Shown piece by piece: positions 1 to 17,988 of a stretch of 64,000 bases of DNA. Positions within the stretch are counted from its first letter, which is position 1, and every line of letters begins with the position of its first letter. The stretch is from the NCBI GenBank assembly GCA_025594325.1, contig JANHCV010000011.1, positions 930,001-994,000 on the forward strand, written 5' to 3'. Source of the stretch: Blastocladiella emersonii ATCC 22665 (taxonomy: Eukaryota > Fungi > Blastocladiomycota). Under the pieces are notes generated by a model. It did not search any database. It was not told where the DNA came from and saw only the letters and a program-made list of their open reading frames with translations. The translations under genes and the position numbers were made by a program.

Positions 1-335
1 AGCGGCGGCGGCGGTCCAGGCCGCGGCGTCCGTGATCCCGTGAGGTGCTGCAGGAGGCGGCGCGGCACGCTCTTCTGCGGGCTGCGGGCGCGGCCGCCGC
101 CGCCGGCGACGAGATCGAGGTCGGACGCGTCGCCGCCATCGCTGTCGAGGTTCACGGTCATGAAGGTCTCGGCGGCGGCCGACGCGGCGCTCGCGTTCGA
201 CGCGTGCCGCTCGCCGCGCGACGGGAGCAGGAGTAGGCCCGGGAGCACGGCCGCGGTCGCCGAGGGGGTCAGCGGGCCGAGGCGGATGGGCGCGTCGTCG
301 GTTGCGGTTGCGGTCGCGGGTGCAGTCGATGCCAT
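1..335 (-). CDS. Hypothetical protein, 5' part only (runs off the window start)
   Basis: ATG at 335 on the minus strand opens a frame MASTAPATATATDDAPIRLGPLTP... that stays open to position 1. It is divergent from the WD40 gene. No family recognised. Confidence 0.4.
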   Translation of the reverse strand, partial: MASTAPATATATDDAPIRLGPLTPSATAAVLPGLLLLPSRGERHASNASAASAAAETFMTVNLDSDGGDASDLDLVAGGGGRARSPQKSVPRRLLQHLTGSRTPRPGPPPP

Positions 336-663
336 TGCAATTGATCGCTGGTCTTGAGGGAGAGAAGCGGGGGGAGGGAGGCTCGGATGTGACGAGGGCA
401 GGGCAACGCGCGGCGCTGTCTCCCCGCACCGTCTCCCACAACGCGGCGACCTGCAGCGGTCAGCTGACCGGTCGCTCGTTCGCTCGCCTCGCCGCTTCCC
501 CGCCCCGCCTTTTCGCCTCGGCGGCTCCACTCTCTCGCCCGCTCTCACACCCATGCATACCCCGGCCGCAACGCCGCCCACACACCCCATGTAACTTGCC
601 GCACCGCCGCCCACCGCCTGGCCGACCCCCTACGACACCCGCGATCTCTTCTTGTCACCACCA

Positions 664-3260
664 ATGAGCCTCGGCATCCACTCGAGTCCCGCCGCGGCCG
701 CTGCCAGCGCGCTCGCTGCCGGTGCTGCTGCTGATGGTGCCGGTAGTGCTGCGCCGCCACCACCACCGACGCTCTCGCTCCCGCCGCTCTCCAACGCGAG
801 CTCGTCGTCGTCCACGTCAACGGCAGCGGCCTCGCCCAACCCGTCCGTCATCGCCGTCGATACCTCGCCCATCCCGTCGTCGCTCGCGTCGCCAAGTCCC
901 GCGGGTGTGCTCGACGCGGGTGGGGGAGGCAACGCGTCGTCTTCGTCGTCGTCCGAAGATGAAAATGAAAGCGACGGGCCCGCCGGGAACAACACCGGGT
1001 TCGCCGGCTTCTCGTTCGCCAACATCGACCTCGACCAGCTCGAAGCCTACGAGGCCCAGCTCGGCCTCTACTCGCCGTCCGACGGACCCACCTCTTCCGC
1101 GTCCGAGTACGAGACGGGTGCCAGTTCGAGCGAGGAGGAGGACAACGGCCACGTTGCGCTGTCGACCGGCGCGTTTGGGATCCTCGGCATGCTCGCGGGC
1201 AGCGACGGGTCCGGCAGCGACGCGACCGGGTCCGAATTCGGGACCGAGTCGGAGGAGCACGCGTCGGACTACGACGACCCCGACGCGTACTGGCCGTACC
1301 CCGACGACGACGACATGGACCAGGACACCATCGACGACGACGGCGGGCCCGCGACGCACCCGCTCGCGAGCATCCCGATCCCGCTCGCCCCCATCGGCCC
1401 GTCGTTCCTCGAGCTCGCCGCGACCGCGGCCCCACTACCCTCCACACCAACCCAACCGCCGCCCGCCGCCGTTGCGCCGTCGCCGCTCGGCGCCTTCCCG
1501 CTCCCGACCACCCCGCAGGTCCCCGCGCCCTCGCCGTTCCTCCTCAGCCACCAGAACCCCGTCGCGCCCGCGTCGTTTGGCCTCTCGATCATGGAGACCG
1601 ACGAGTGGGCGACCGCGAGCGACGCGGGCGGCGACGGGGATGACGAGGACGACGACGACGAGTTTGACCACTCGTACATGATCGGCGACATGGGCGTGCT
1701 CGACGACGGGACCGACGACGTCGAGCTCGCCACGCCGGGCATTGCGGCGTCCGCGTCGCATCAGTCGTTGCCGAGCGATGTACGTTTTTGGAGTGTACCG
1801 CGTGGGGATCGGATGGCTGACGCGGTCGCGTGTATGTTAGCCAACCGAGGTCACCTACGAGGACCACTGCCACGGCGTCGACATCCAGGGCATCGACTGG
1901 CCGTCGCTCCCCGTGTCGCGCGACCACTACCGCCAGACCCGCAACCACGACTACACGCCCTTCCGCAACACGACCGACACGTTCATTGCCGTGGTGCGTT
2001 CCCCGCGCCCAACGCGCACCGTCGCCACCCGCTCACTTTTTCCCGCCAACAGGACGCGACCCCACTCCGCCCCGTGTCGCACCTGTACCGGTTCGAGTAC
2101 ACGAAGCTGACGGTCAAGTGCAGCTACGTGCACTTCCAGCTGCGCAACCTGGTGTGGGCGCCGACCAAGAACGACGTCGTGTACACGCACGACTCGGTCA
2201 TCCGCGTGTGGGACGTGCACCGCCGCACCTCGCGCACCCTCGTCGACTGCTTCTCGGACGCGCGCGCCACCCCGCGCGGGCCCGTCCGCATCTCGTCCAT
2301 CGCCGCGGGGCACGGCGTCGTCGTCGCCGGCGGGTTCCTCGGCGAGCTCATCGTGAAGCCGCTGCAGCGGTCGCTCCCGCCGGCATCCAGCATGATCACC
2401 GGGGACCCCAACGGGATCACCAACCAGCTCGAGGTCGCGCTCGACCGGAGTGGGGTGGTGACGGCGCTCGCGGCGTCGAATGATGGGAAGGTTCGCCGCA
2501 TCCATCTCGGTCGACGCCAGGTCGTCCAGACGGTCGAGATGCCGTGGGCCGTCAACGTACGTTTTCTCACGCTGCGCCCTTCTCGCTCACCGACGGAAAC
2601 TAACTTTCCGCGAATCCGTAGTGCTGCGTGCAATCGCCCGACCGCACGCTCCTCGCGGTCGTCGGCGACGCGCGCGAGACCTTCCTCCTCGACGCGCGGG
2701 ACGGGACCCACCTCGCCAGCGCGACCGGCCACCTCGACTTTTCCTTCGCCTCCGCCTGGTCGCCCTGCGGCCGCCTCCTCGCCACGGGGAACCAGGACCA
2801 GTCCGCGCGCGTGTACGACATCCGGAACCTGTCGCGGTCCCTCCTCGTCGTGCCGACGGCGATCGGCGCCGTCCGCTCGCTCCGCTTCTCCCCCGATAAC
2901 GGCACCCTGGCGATCGCCGAGGACGCCGACTACATCTCGCTCGTGTGTCCGCGCCGCGAGACGGTGCAGCAGCTCGACTTTTTCGGCGAGATCGCGGGCA
3001 TCGCGTTCTCGCCCGACGGAAGCGCGTTGTTTGCGGGGAACGCGGACGAGGCGTACGGGTCCATTGTCGAGTTTGCCCGCGGGACGGGCGGCGGCGGCGG
3101 CGGCGCCTGGGCGGGAGCGGCGGGTGGGGTCGAGGCGTGCCCGGCCGACGACCTCGTGGTGCCGTCGGCGACGCTGGGGAGTGCGAGGAGGGGTGTCTTC
3201 GCCGCGAGCTCAGGCGGAGGCGGCGGAGGGTTGACGGGCGTGTCGTCGCCGTTCGTCTAG
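664..3260 (+). CDS. WD40-repeat protein of the fungal/plant DUF2415-like family, with a long acidic low-complexity N-terminus; 3 introns
   Basis: Introns at 1780-1840, ~1994-2051 and ~2557-2620 (GTRCG..YAG) join frames giving GVDIQGIDW, FEYTKLTVKCSYVHFQLRNLVWA, HLDFSFASAWSPCGRLLATGNQD and GAVRSLRFSPD, which are motifs of this WD40 family. Confidence 0.85.
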
Positions 3261-3300
3261 TCAGTGTAAATACAAGCTATTTGTTTATCTCGATGTAAAA

Positions 3301-8675
<5,375 letters not shown>

Positions 8676-9700
8676 GGTTGGTCGGTCGGAATGGATCGTG
8701 GACGGGGCGAGCAGCGGGGTGGCGGGTGAGGGTCGGTCGAGCGAGGGACGCGTGTGCAATGAGCGAGGTCGGCGAGAGGGCAGAGGGAGAGCGAGAGGGA
8801 GGGACAGCGAGGGCTTTTGTAGGCCCGTCGACTCGGATGACGAGGCCCCGGCCGGCGAAACCCCAGGAACCGTGAGGCATTCACCCGCGACCCCCGCGAC
8901 GACCACGGCCATCCGATGACCACGGACACGGCAGATGCACCGGGTCCACGGCAACGGATTCGTCAGCGTGGCCGTGCGTTGGGAACTCGTTGTCGTCGGC
9001 GGCCTTCAACGTGTGCTATCGCGATGGCCTCGCCGGCAACGAGATCCAGGTCATGGCGAGCGTGGCTACGGAGCGAGCGTGGCTACGGAGCGCACGCGCC
9101 TCGACGAGGACGCGGTGTCGACACGCTCCGATCGCATGCCGCTCGGGTTGACCTCGTCGTCTCCATCACGGCCATGGCGGCGGCGGCGTAGCGAAGCGCA
9201 GGGCAGGCGAGGATTTCGGGCGGACCCGCGGGCCGATGTGCGCCACATGCACGCCGAATCTGAAACGCGACCTGCCCCATCCCTGCCATCCCGCTTCCGT
9301 CGCACCGTCGCGTCCGCCAGCTCGGGAATTCATCACGATTAGCCGTAGCTTCCAGCATCAAACACGTTCGCGACGCGGGTGTGTGTGTCGTGAGCATGGG
9401 GCACCGGCTCGAGAGGTTCGGTCGCCCGCTCGCCTTCAGCGATCACGTCAAAGGAGCCGTGCCTCGCCAGCGGGCCCGTTGCTTGAACTTTTCATGGGAT
9501 TCCTTGCAGTGAGAGCGAAAGCGCTCCGATCATGCCTTCGTTCGTTGCAACGCGTCTCTACTTTCACAGCGCGCGGGGAGACGCGTCGCCATCATGGTGC
9601 GAGACAGTCAGGCGTCTGTCATGTGCCACGCGTCCCCACCTTTTCCCCCTTTCTCGTTTCCCCCTCGCACATCACGCTCCGCAATCATCCCACCATCATG

Positions 9701-11079
9701 TTACCCACCTGCAACCCGCTCGACCTCCTTCACCACCCGCGCCGCCGCGTCGTACACATCCACGACCCCCTCGACCCCCTCCGCGCCGCGCACCGCCTTG
9801 GCGAGCTCGCGCACCGCATCCGCGAGCCGCTCGTGCGGGCGCGGGGACACGCCGGCATCCCCAGCGAACGCGCCGGCCCATGCGACAGACCACCGGACTT
9901 TGACGCGCTGTTGCTCGGCAGGCGAGCTGGTCGCGCGGGCGAGGAGGTGCAGGATGTCGCGCGGCGAGGTCGCGGAGACGCGGAGGGTCCATGCCGCGCG
10001 CTCCTCTTCTTCTCCCGAAATGGGTGTGGCGGGCGCGACGTGCACGGCGACCTGGTCCGCCGCCAATACCGCCGCGATCGCGCCGCTCCTTGGTGGTGGC
10101 GGGCTGACGACGGTGAGGGTGCCGCTTGGATCGACCCACCTGAGCACGTCGAGCGGGCCGAGCACCGCGTCCCCCGAAACCGCGTGGACGTCGAGGACCG
10201 CGACGACAGGAAACTCGACCGCGATCACCTCCTCGTCGTTACCCCCACTCGGCGGCGTCGGGGTCCACGGGTGCGGGACGTACATCGGCGGCCGGTCGCG
10301 CGCCGTGAGCCAGACCGCCCTTCTCGACGCGTGCCGGTGGACGAGCAGCGTCTCGAGGCTGCGGTGTGGCGGCTCCGACTCGGTCTCGAACGTGACGGCG
10401 ACGCCGAGCGGGACCCCGCCCTCGCTGGAGAACGGGGTGCCGAACGCGAGTGCGGGGCCCGACACGCGAGCGTGTGAGTACACGGTCGCGGCGTCGCCGG
10501 GCGCGAGCGACGCGGTGCGCGGCGCGTGTGAGGTGAGCCGCACGCCGTCATGGTGCGCGAGCAGCGCGAGGTCCAGGGTGATGTGGTACATGGTCTCGCT
10601 GGCGAGTCGTTAGCACGCGGTCTCGTGTGAAAATCAGCGCGGCGAGCGGCGACGACGTACGTCTTGGACTCGTTCACCACCTCCGCCGCCACCGTGAACC
10701 GCCCGTCGCGGCCGGGGTACACGATGGGCCCCTTCCTCGCGCGCAGCGGCAGATCCGCCGCCAGGACGGCGGGTTTCGCGACGAGCAGCGCGCCGCGGCT
10801 CACTTCCGTGCGGCTCCCACCTGCCGCTGGCGGGGGGTGCATCCTGATCATCTTCGGCCCCTCGCCCTCTTCTTCCTCCCCCTTGCGCGCGACGAGCGTG
10901 CCGAGGACGGACGGCAGAACCGCGGCACGCAGCTCGTCGTACGCGCGGCGGCGGCGGTCGACGCGGGCTTGGGCGGCGCGCAGGTGGGTGGCCTGGTCGT
11001 GCGCGGTGCGGTCGAGGGCGGCGACGAGGGCGGCGCGGCCGGTTGTTGGATCTTGTTGCATCGAGTTGGAGTGGTTCAT
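9701..11079 (-). CDS. Hypothetical protein, 2 exons
   Basis: Intron 10599-10660 (GTACGT...GCTAAC...CAG) joins ORF 10225-11079 to ORF 9701-10591 in frame (..ESKT/ETMYHITLD..). Family not recognised. Confidence 0.65.
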
Positions 11080-11233
11080 TGCAGTGAGGGTGGGTGGATG
11101 AGGAGAGTGGATGACGCGCGGCGATCAGTCGCGTCATCATCACCTCCACCGCCGGTCCGTGTCGATCGCGTAGCGTAGGCAAGGTATATGTGGTGGGAAC
11201 TGCACAAATGCTAAGGAAGGGAGGGAAACTAGG

Positions 11234-12355
11234 TCATGGCGCGAGCCCGAACGCCGCGACCTGCGCGCCGAGCGGCGACTGCGGGTCGCACCACTCGGCG
11301 AGCCGGGCAGCGACCACGACGTTGGCGAGCATGCCGTCGGCGACGAGCGACTCGACCGAGGGCGCGCCGGGCGCCAGCGCGCTGCCCGTGTCGGATGACG
11401 CCGACTCGCCGTCGCTCCACGAGGGCGTGCGCGTTACGCCGCCCGAGCCCGATACTGGCGGTACGCTGCCCGAAGTTGCGGTGGCGGCGAACAGCGACGA
11501 CGGCGTGAGCGGCAACTGCTGCTGCTGCTCCTCGGCAGCCGCGAGCGACGAGACCGACGACGACGCCGAGGCCGCGCGCGACCGGGGCGGCGTGTGTCCG
11601 AGCGCCGAGTCGACGCACCCGCGCTTGCTCGCGAGCGAGCGGGCGAGGCGCGGGTAGACCCAGACGACGGCGGGCACCGCGCCCGCGAGCTCCTGCAGCA
11701 GGCGGGTGCACCGGGACCCCTCGATATGGACGTGCGGCCGGATCGCGCGCACGCACGCGAGCTGCGCGGCGAGGTGGCCGGGGAGCGGGCCCGCGGCGGG
11801 CGGCGACGTGGGCGGCGACAAAAGGTGGATGCGGTCGGAAGGGACGAGCGCGTGGATGCTCGCAGCGGTCAGGAGCCGGGTCACCTCGGCGCGCTCGGCG
11901 GGCGAGGCGACGGCCGCGACGAGGTGCAGCTCGATGCGCGGGTGCGCGGCCAGGTGCCGCACCAGCACCGCCTTGGCGCCTTCCGCAAAGGCGTAGTTGG
12001 GCGCGGTCGGGTCCGACGACGGCGACCACAGCGCCGTGTTGCGCAGCGTCATGGTGATGCGGATCGGGCCCGACGACGGGAGCTTGCCCTTGGCTGACTG
12101 CTCGCCGTCGCCGTCGGCGTCAGCGGGCGAGGCGGACGAGGAAGAGGCGAGCAGCGCGCGCACGGCGCGTACAGCGACGTAGGCGACGCCGACAGCGCCC
12201 GCGGCGAGGGCAGCGGCAGCGAGGAGCTCCCAGGCGCCGAGGTGGCCGGCGCGCAGGCGACGCAGCAGGCGGCGCGGGTCCGCGGACGCGGCGGCGCGGT
12301 CGGCGACGAGGCCCAGCGCGGCGGTCGAGGCGGTCGGGTCGAGCGACAGGTCCAT
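11234..12355 (-). CDS. Probable peroxin Pex22-like protein (N-terminal TM anchor)
   Basis: ATG at 12355. An N-terminal hydrophobic segment is followed by ITMTLRNTALWSPSSDP..NYAF, IELHLVAAV..AERAEV..LL and VRAIRPHVHIE, resembling plant/fungal Pex22 (VRQLEPDWHID). Confidence 0.6.
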   Translation of the reverse strand: MDLSLDPTASTAALGLVADRAAASADPRRLLRRLRAGHLGAWELLAAAALAAGAVGVAYVAVRAVRALLASSSSASPADADGDGEQSAKGKLPSSGPIRITMTLRNTALWSPSSDPTAPNYAFAEGAKAVLVRHLAAHPRIELHLVAAVASPAERAEVTRLLTAASIHALVPSDRIHLLSPPTSPPAAGPLPGHLAAQLACVRAIRPHVHIEGSRCTRLLQELAGAVPAVVWVYPRLARSLASKRGCVDSALGHTPPRSRAASASSSVSSLAAAEEQQQQLPLTPSSLFAATATSGSVPPVSGSGGVTRTPSWSDGESASSDTGSALAPGAPSVESLVADGMLANVVVAARLAEWCDPQSPLGAQVAAFGLAP

Positions 12356-13885
12356 GGCCGTGATGTAGCGAGTGATGGACGGCGGTGCGGTTGGAGATGG
12401 GCGATCGGATCGGCGGCGAGTGACGCGGCCGGGGGTGACGCGGTGACGCGGCGGTGCAGGATTCGCAGGGACCAGGTGCGCGCGATGGACGCAGCAGCGA
12501 GCGAGCGGGAGAGGGGAGCGGCGCGGTTTTGAAGGGCCACCGCGAGTGGGAGAGCGAAGAAGAATAGGGTTCAGCGGCGGCGGGACCGAATTCCTTGGGA
12601 ACGCTGCCGGCGTGAAAAAAGGGCGCGGCGCGCGACAATTAAGAACAACCAGACGGCCCACGCGGACGGGGCGGGCGTGTGGTGGAGGGAGATGGGGGAG
12701 CGGGCGCGGCGCGTGTGCGTGTGTGCGTGGAGGTGTGTGGCTGAATTTCGCGCCGCGAGCGTGAAAAGGGCGCGCGTCGGCGTCGAGAACGTGTCTGGGA
12801 GGGTGGAGGTGGTGGTGGTGGAGCGCGTCGTCGGTGTCGTGGCGCAGCAGCACTCGGTCGGCGGGCGGGCAAGGGGAGGGACGGCGGCAGGGTCGGTGGC
12901 AGGGTCGGGTCGGCCTTGGCGACGAGGAGGGAAGGTGGGGCAGCGTCGAGAAGGTTCGCGGCGGGCGGGTCGATGGGGGGCGCGGTAGGTCGCAGACGTT
13001 GGAGGGGAGAGAGAGAGGAAGGACGAGCGGAGGGAGGGCAGAGGACAGGGTCCCCGCGGCCGACCGACGGCTGTGCTGACCGAGACGGTTTGCACGTTTG
13101 CGTCGCTGCAGGTTTGAAACGAACCACGGAGCCGGCCCCAGGCGCGCGCAACATCTTGTGCCGCGACCGTGGCCGACGGGATCGCGCTCGCTCTCGCCGT
13201 GGTCACTGTCGCCCGCCGTGGTGGCCGCCGCCACGGTCGCGCCATGGCCACCGTCACGCGGCCGCCGACGCATTCCACGTCACTCGCCACCGTCCTCACC
13301 GTCCACGCGCGCACGCGGCGGGTGAGCCATGATGACGGCGCACCGTGATCCGCTCTGTCGCGGTGACAAGGGCGATGATTCGTCTCCCACGCTCGCCGTC
13401 GCGCTGCGAGATTCGACGTCGTCGCGACGTTGCGCTGCGCCGCGCCACCCACCCCGCTGCCCGCCCAATTTTCACGCGGGAGGGAGACTGCACGCGGCGC
13501 GCCGCCTGACTCGATCATGGGGCGGGGGTTGCTGACATCACTGTGACGCTTCGTTTCACCGCTGCGCGCGTGACCGCGGTTTTGCAGAGCGGTTCTACCG
13601 CCCGCCTAGCAACGGGTCCACCTGATCCCACATGAGCTGCGACGCCACGCGCACCCTGCGTCGCGCCGCCGCGCGTCCGCTCCCTGCCGGCCGGCCGCGG
13701 CCGCGATCCGAGGCCAGAGACCGCGCGGCCGTGGCCACGACGACGCACGAGCACACACGAATCGACTACACGCTGTTGCACCCGCTGCAGCCGACCAGCC
13801 GACGACCGCTCGGTATGCACATGAAACGCCCATGAAGTCACGACCACACGCGCTAACGCTCAACCCCGTCACCGCCAGCACCGCC

Positions 13886-16800
13886 ATGCCGCCCGTCAGC
13901 CAGCTCAAACCCAAGCGCGTGGCCGTGGCTGCCGCCGACGGCTCCGCCACGGGCGAGGTTGTGGACGCGGCCGACGCCAAGGCCGCCAACGCCGCCGCGG
14001 GCCCGAACCTGCACCACCAGCCGACGCGCAAGAAGGTGGACCCGCGCGTGCGCACCGTGCTGCAGAACGCCATCGCGCTCAACCAGCGGTCCTTCTTCGT
14101 GATCGTCGGCGACCGCGGCCGCGACCAGATCGTCAACCTGCACCTGTTCCTGTCCAAGGCCAAGGTCACCAAGCGACCGTCGGTCCTCTGGTGCTACAAA
14201 AAGGACCTCGGCTTCACGTCGCACCGCAAGAAGCGCATGAAGATCATCAAGCGCCAGGTCCAGAAGGGCCTGCGCGACCCCGACAAGGACGACCCGTTCG
14301 AGCTGTTCGTGTCGTCCACCGACATCCGCTACACGTACTACAAGGAGACCCACAAGATCCTCGGCAACACGTACGGCATGTGCGTGCTGCAGGACTTTGA
14401 GGCGCTCACGCCCAACCTGCTCGCCCGCACCGTCGAGACGGTCGAGGGCGGCGGCGTCATCGTGCTGCTGCTCAAGACCATGACCTCGCTCAAGCAGCTC
14501 TACACCATGGCCATGGACGTGCACGCCCGGTACCGCACCGAGGCCCACCAGGACCTGACGGCCCGCTTCAACGAGCGCTTCCTCCTCTCCCTCTCAGGCT
14601 GCGACAACTGCCTCGTCGTCGACGACGAGCTCAACGTGCTCCCGCTCTCGCGCGCCCGCGACATTGTCCCCGTCGACGGCGGCATCGACCCCACCACCGC
14701 CGCCGAGCGCCGCCTCGCCACCCACCCCGCCGCCGTCGAGCTGCGCGACCTCCAGGAGTCGCTCAAGGAGACCCCGCCCGTCGGCCCGCTCGTCTCGTGC
14801 GCCGTCACCCGCGACCAGGCCAAGGCGCTGCTGACCTTTGTCGACGCCATTGCCGACAAGTCGCTGCGCTCGACCGTCGCCCTGACTGCGGCGCGTGGTC
14901 GCGGCAAGTCGGCGTCGCTCGGTCTCGCCATGGCCGCGGCCATCGCGTACGGGTACTCGAACGTGTTCGTCACGTCGCCGTCGCCCGAGAACCTCAAGAC
15001 GCTGTTCGAGTTTGTGTTCAAGGGCCTCGACGCGCTCGGGTACGAGGAGCACCTCGACTACGACCTGGTCCAGTCGACCAACCCGGCGCTCAACAAGGCC
15101 ATCGTGCGCGTCAACGTGTTCAAGAACCACCGCCAGACGATCCAGTACATCCACCCCGAGGACGCGCACGTCCTCGGCCAGGCCGAGCTGCTCGTCATCG
15201 ACGAGGCCGCCGCCATCCCGCTGCCGCTCGTGCGCAAGCTGCTGGGCCCGTACCTCATCTTCATGGCCTCGACCATCCACGGGTACGAGGGCACCGGTCG
15301 GTCCCTGTCGCTCAAGCTCATCCAGTCCCTGCGCCAGCAGTCGGCCGCCGCCGCCACTACGGCCGATGCGGCCGAGGCGTCGCAGGCGCGCACGCTGCGC
15401 GAGGTGGCGCTCGAGCAGCCGATCCGGTACGGCGAGGGCGACCCCGTCGAGTCGTGGCTCAACCGGCTGCTGTGCCTCGACGCGACCGTGTCCAAGACCA
15501 TCACGGGTTGCCCGCACCCGTCCGAGTGCCAGCTCTTTGCCGTCTCGCGCGACACGCTCTTCTCGCACCACCCGGTCTCCGAGGCGTTCCTCCAGCGCAT
15601 GATGGCGCTGTACGTGTCGTCGCACTACAAGAACACGCCCAACGACCTGCAGCTCATGTCGGACGCGCCCGCGCACCAGCTGTTTGTCCTGCTCCCGCCC
15701 GCGTCCGCGTACTCGTCGGGTGAGGGGGATGACGACGAGGCCGAGGTGCTCCCCGAGCCGCTCGTCGTGCTGCAGGTGTGCCTCGAGGGCCGCATCTCGC
15801 GGCAGTCCGTGTACAACGCCCTCGCGCGCGGCGTGCGCAACGACGGCGACCTGATCCCGTGGTGCATGTCGCAGCAGTTCCAGGACGACGAGTTTGCGCA
15901 GCTGTCGGGCGCCCGCGTCGTCCGCATCGCCACCCACCCGGACTACATGGGCATGGGGTACGGGTCCCACGCGCTCACGCAGCTCGAGCAGTACTACCGC
16001 GGCGCGTTTGACCTGCTCGACGGGCCCGCCGTGTCGCAGGACGCGCCGCGGGCCAGCGCCATGGAGGTGGATGCCTCGGGCGCCGATCTCCACTCGGAGA
16101 CGATCGGCGTGCGGTCGACCGACTCGATGCCGCCGCTCCTCGTCCGCCTGTCGCAGCGCAAGCCCGAGCGGCTCGACTGGCTCGGCGTGTCGTTTGGCCT
16201 GACGCGGTCGCTGTTCAAGTTCTGGAAGCGGTCCGGGTACTTCCCGCTGTACCTGCGCCAGACGGCCAACGAGCTCACGGGCGAGCACACGTGCGTCATG
16301 CTCAAGTCGCTCGCCGGCGATGCCGACGATTCTTCGGCGACCGAGTCGTGGGTGTCGACCTTCTCGCACGACTTTTGCCGGCGGTTCCTCAAGCTGCTGG
16401 CGTTCGAGTTCCGCAAGTTCGACAGCGTGACGTGCATCTCGATCCTCGAGGCGGCGCGCCGCGGCGAGCACGTTACCGGTGCGGCCAAGCTCGATGCGGC
16501 GGCGCTCGACGGCGTCTTCACCCCGCACGACCTCAAGCGGCTCGAGTCGTATGCGCACAACCTGCTCGACTACCACGTCGTCGTCGACCTGGTCCCGTCC
16601 CTCGCCGAGCTCTACTTTGGCCGCGCCGGCGTCCGCCGCGAGCTCGAGCTGTCGGGTCTCCAGCAGTCGCTGCTCCTGGGCCTCGGCCTCCAGCACAAGT
16701 CCATCTCCGACCTCGAGAACGAGTTCACGCTCCCCGGGTCCCAGCTCATGGCCCTGTTCCAGAAGATCATGAAGAAGTCCAACGCCTACTTCAACGACGT

Positions 16801-17317
16801 GCAGACGCGCGCGCTCGAGGCGCCCGTCGCGCCCGCCGCGCCCAAGCCGGTCTCGTCCATCGAGGAGATCACCGAGGAGGCCGAGACCACCGAGTCCGAG
16901 GCCAACCCGGACCGCCGCGACCTGACCGACGACGCGGCATGGGACCCGCTGGCGACGTCGCTCGCCGACGAGCTCGACGACGCGGCGGGCGGCGCCACGG
17001 CCGCCATGAACGAGCGCCAGCGCGCCATGCTCGACGCCATTGACCTCAACGCGTACGCGGTCGCCGGCGACGACAAGGAGTGGGCCGCCGCTACCAAGCA
17101 GGGGAAGGCGCCGTCCCGCGTCGCCATCAAGTCGGGCAAGACGGCGGCCACCGCCGCGCCCACCGTCAAGGCCGAGGACGCCAAGGCGCCCGCGCCCGAT
17201 ACCGAGGCGCCCGCGGTCGCCAAGAAGCGGAAGTTTGCCGCGACCACGGCGGCCGCGGCGGGCGGGAAGGGTGGGGCCAAGGGCGGCCAGGGCGGGAACA
17301 AGAAGGCGCGCCGTTGA
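13886..17317 (+). CDS. NAT10: RNA cytidine acetyltransferase NAT10/Kre33, intronless
   Basis: Motifs: VLWCYKKDLGFTSHRKKR, KILGNTYGMCVLQDFEALTPNLLARTVETVEGGG, TAARGRGKSASLG, LLVIDEAAAIP, SSHYKNTPNDLQLMSDAPAH and RVVRIATHPDY. Confidence 0.98.
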   Translation: MPPVSQLKPKRVAVAAADGSATGEVVDAADAKAANAAAGPNLHHQPTRKKVDPRVRTVLQNAIALNQRSFFVIVGDRGRDQIVNLHLFLSKAKVTKRPSVLWCYKKDLGFTSHRKKRMKIIKRQVQKGLRDPDKDDPFELFVSSTDIRYTYYKETHKILGNTYGMCVLQDFEALTPNLLARTVETVEGGGVIVLLLKTMTSLKQLYTMAMDVHARYRTEAHQDLTARFNERFLLSLSGCDNCLVVDDELNVLPLSRARDIVPVDGGIDPTTAAERRLATHPAAVELRDLQESLKETPPVGPLVSCAVTRDQAKALLTFVDAIADKSLRSTVALTAARGRGKSASLGLAMAAAIAYGYSNVFVTSPSPENLKTLFEFVFKGLDALGYEEHLDYDLVQSTNPALNKAIVRVNVFKNHRQTIQYIHPEDAHVLGQAELLVIDEAAAIPLPLVRKLLGPYLIFMASTIHGYEGTGRSLSLKLIQSLRQQSAAAATTADAAEASQARTLREVALEQPIRYGEGDPVESWLNRLLCLDATVSKTITGCPHPSECQLFAVSRDTLFSHHPVSEAFLQRMMALYVSSHYKNTPNDLQLMSDAPAHQLFVLLPPASAYSSGEGDDDEAEVLPEPLVVLQVCLEGRISRQSVYNALARGVRNDGDLIPWCMSQQFQDDEFAQLSGARVVRIATHPDYMGMGYGSHALTQLEQYYRGAFDLLDGPAVSQDAPRASAMEVDASGADLHSETIGVRSTDSMPPLLVRLSQRKPERLDWLGVSFGLTRSLFKFWKRSGYFPLYLRQTANELTGEHTCVMLKSLAGDADDSSATESWVSTFSHDFCRRFLKLLAFEFRKFDSVTCISILEAARRGEHVTGAAKLDAAALDGVFTPHDLKRLESYAHNLLDYHVVVDLVPSLAELYFGRAGVRRELELSGLQQSLLLGLGLQHKSISDLENEFTLPGSQLMALFQKIMKKSNAYFNDVQTRALEAPVAPAAPKPVSSIEEITEEAETTESEANPDRRDLTDDAAWDPLATSLADELDDAAGGATAAMNERQRAMLDAIDLNAYAVAGDDKEWAAATKQGKAPSRVAIKSGKTAATAAPTVKAEDAKAPAPDTEAPAVAKKRKFAATTAAAAGGKGGAKGGQGGNKKARR

Positions 17318-17525
17318 GCGACGCGCGAGAAGGTGGTTGATGAGTAGCGTTGTATTACATAGTTTTCTCATGTTCACAAATTGCACGCGAGGGAGAGGTG
17401 CACGTGTGCCTCGCAGCGTCGGCGGAGGTGTTGACAAGAAGAACCGCGGCCGCGCCGCGAGATCCCTCCTCTCCCGCATCGCACCCCGGCCATCACGCAA
17501 CGTATCAACCAACCCCCACGAAACC

Positions 17526-17908
17526 ATGTCGTCGATCCTCTCCAAGTCCGCCGACTGGCTGCAACGCGGGCTCGTCGCCGGGCTCGCCACGGTCACGGTG
17601 CTCGGCATCGTTGGTCCGTTCACGCCAGGTGAGATGATGGTTGATGAGAGAGGGAACGCTGACAGTTTCGCGGTGGATAGGCACCTACCAGGCGTCGTCG
17701 GCGCGCATCGAGCTCGCGCGGACCGTCAAGGAGAAGATCCAGAAGCGCGAGCAGGAGCTGGTACGCGCTCCGCCTTGCCGCCGCCGTCGCGACGTGAGCG
17801 CCCGACTGACAACACCGCGAGGCCGTGTAGATCGCCGAGCGCATCGCGCGCGAGCAGGCCGAGGCCGCCGCCGGTGCTGCCGCTTCGACGACGTCGGCGT
17901 CGGCGTAG
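17526..17908 (+). CDS. Small single-TM protein, COX14-like (not in ORF track because it is spliced)
   Basis: Exons 17526-17613 (alternative donor at 17629), 17681-17760 and 17831-17908 give MSSILSKSADWLQRGLVAGLATVTVLGIVGTYQASSARIELARTVKEKIQKREQELIAERIAREQAEAAAG... The AD..xRG.V.GL..xTV motif resembles Cox14. Confidence 0.5.
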
Positions 17909-17988
17909 TCGGCCCGCCTTCCCCCTCACGCTCGCCGAGCCAGCAGTTTGTGACTATTCCATGTGTATACACCTCGTTCCCCACACCC

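Noticed and set aside
13467-13474. RRPE-like AATTTTCA upstream of NAT10
   Set aside because: A single short match ~410 nt upstream with no clear PAC partner; it cannot be distinguished from chance.
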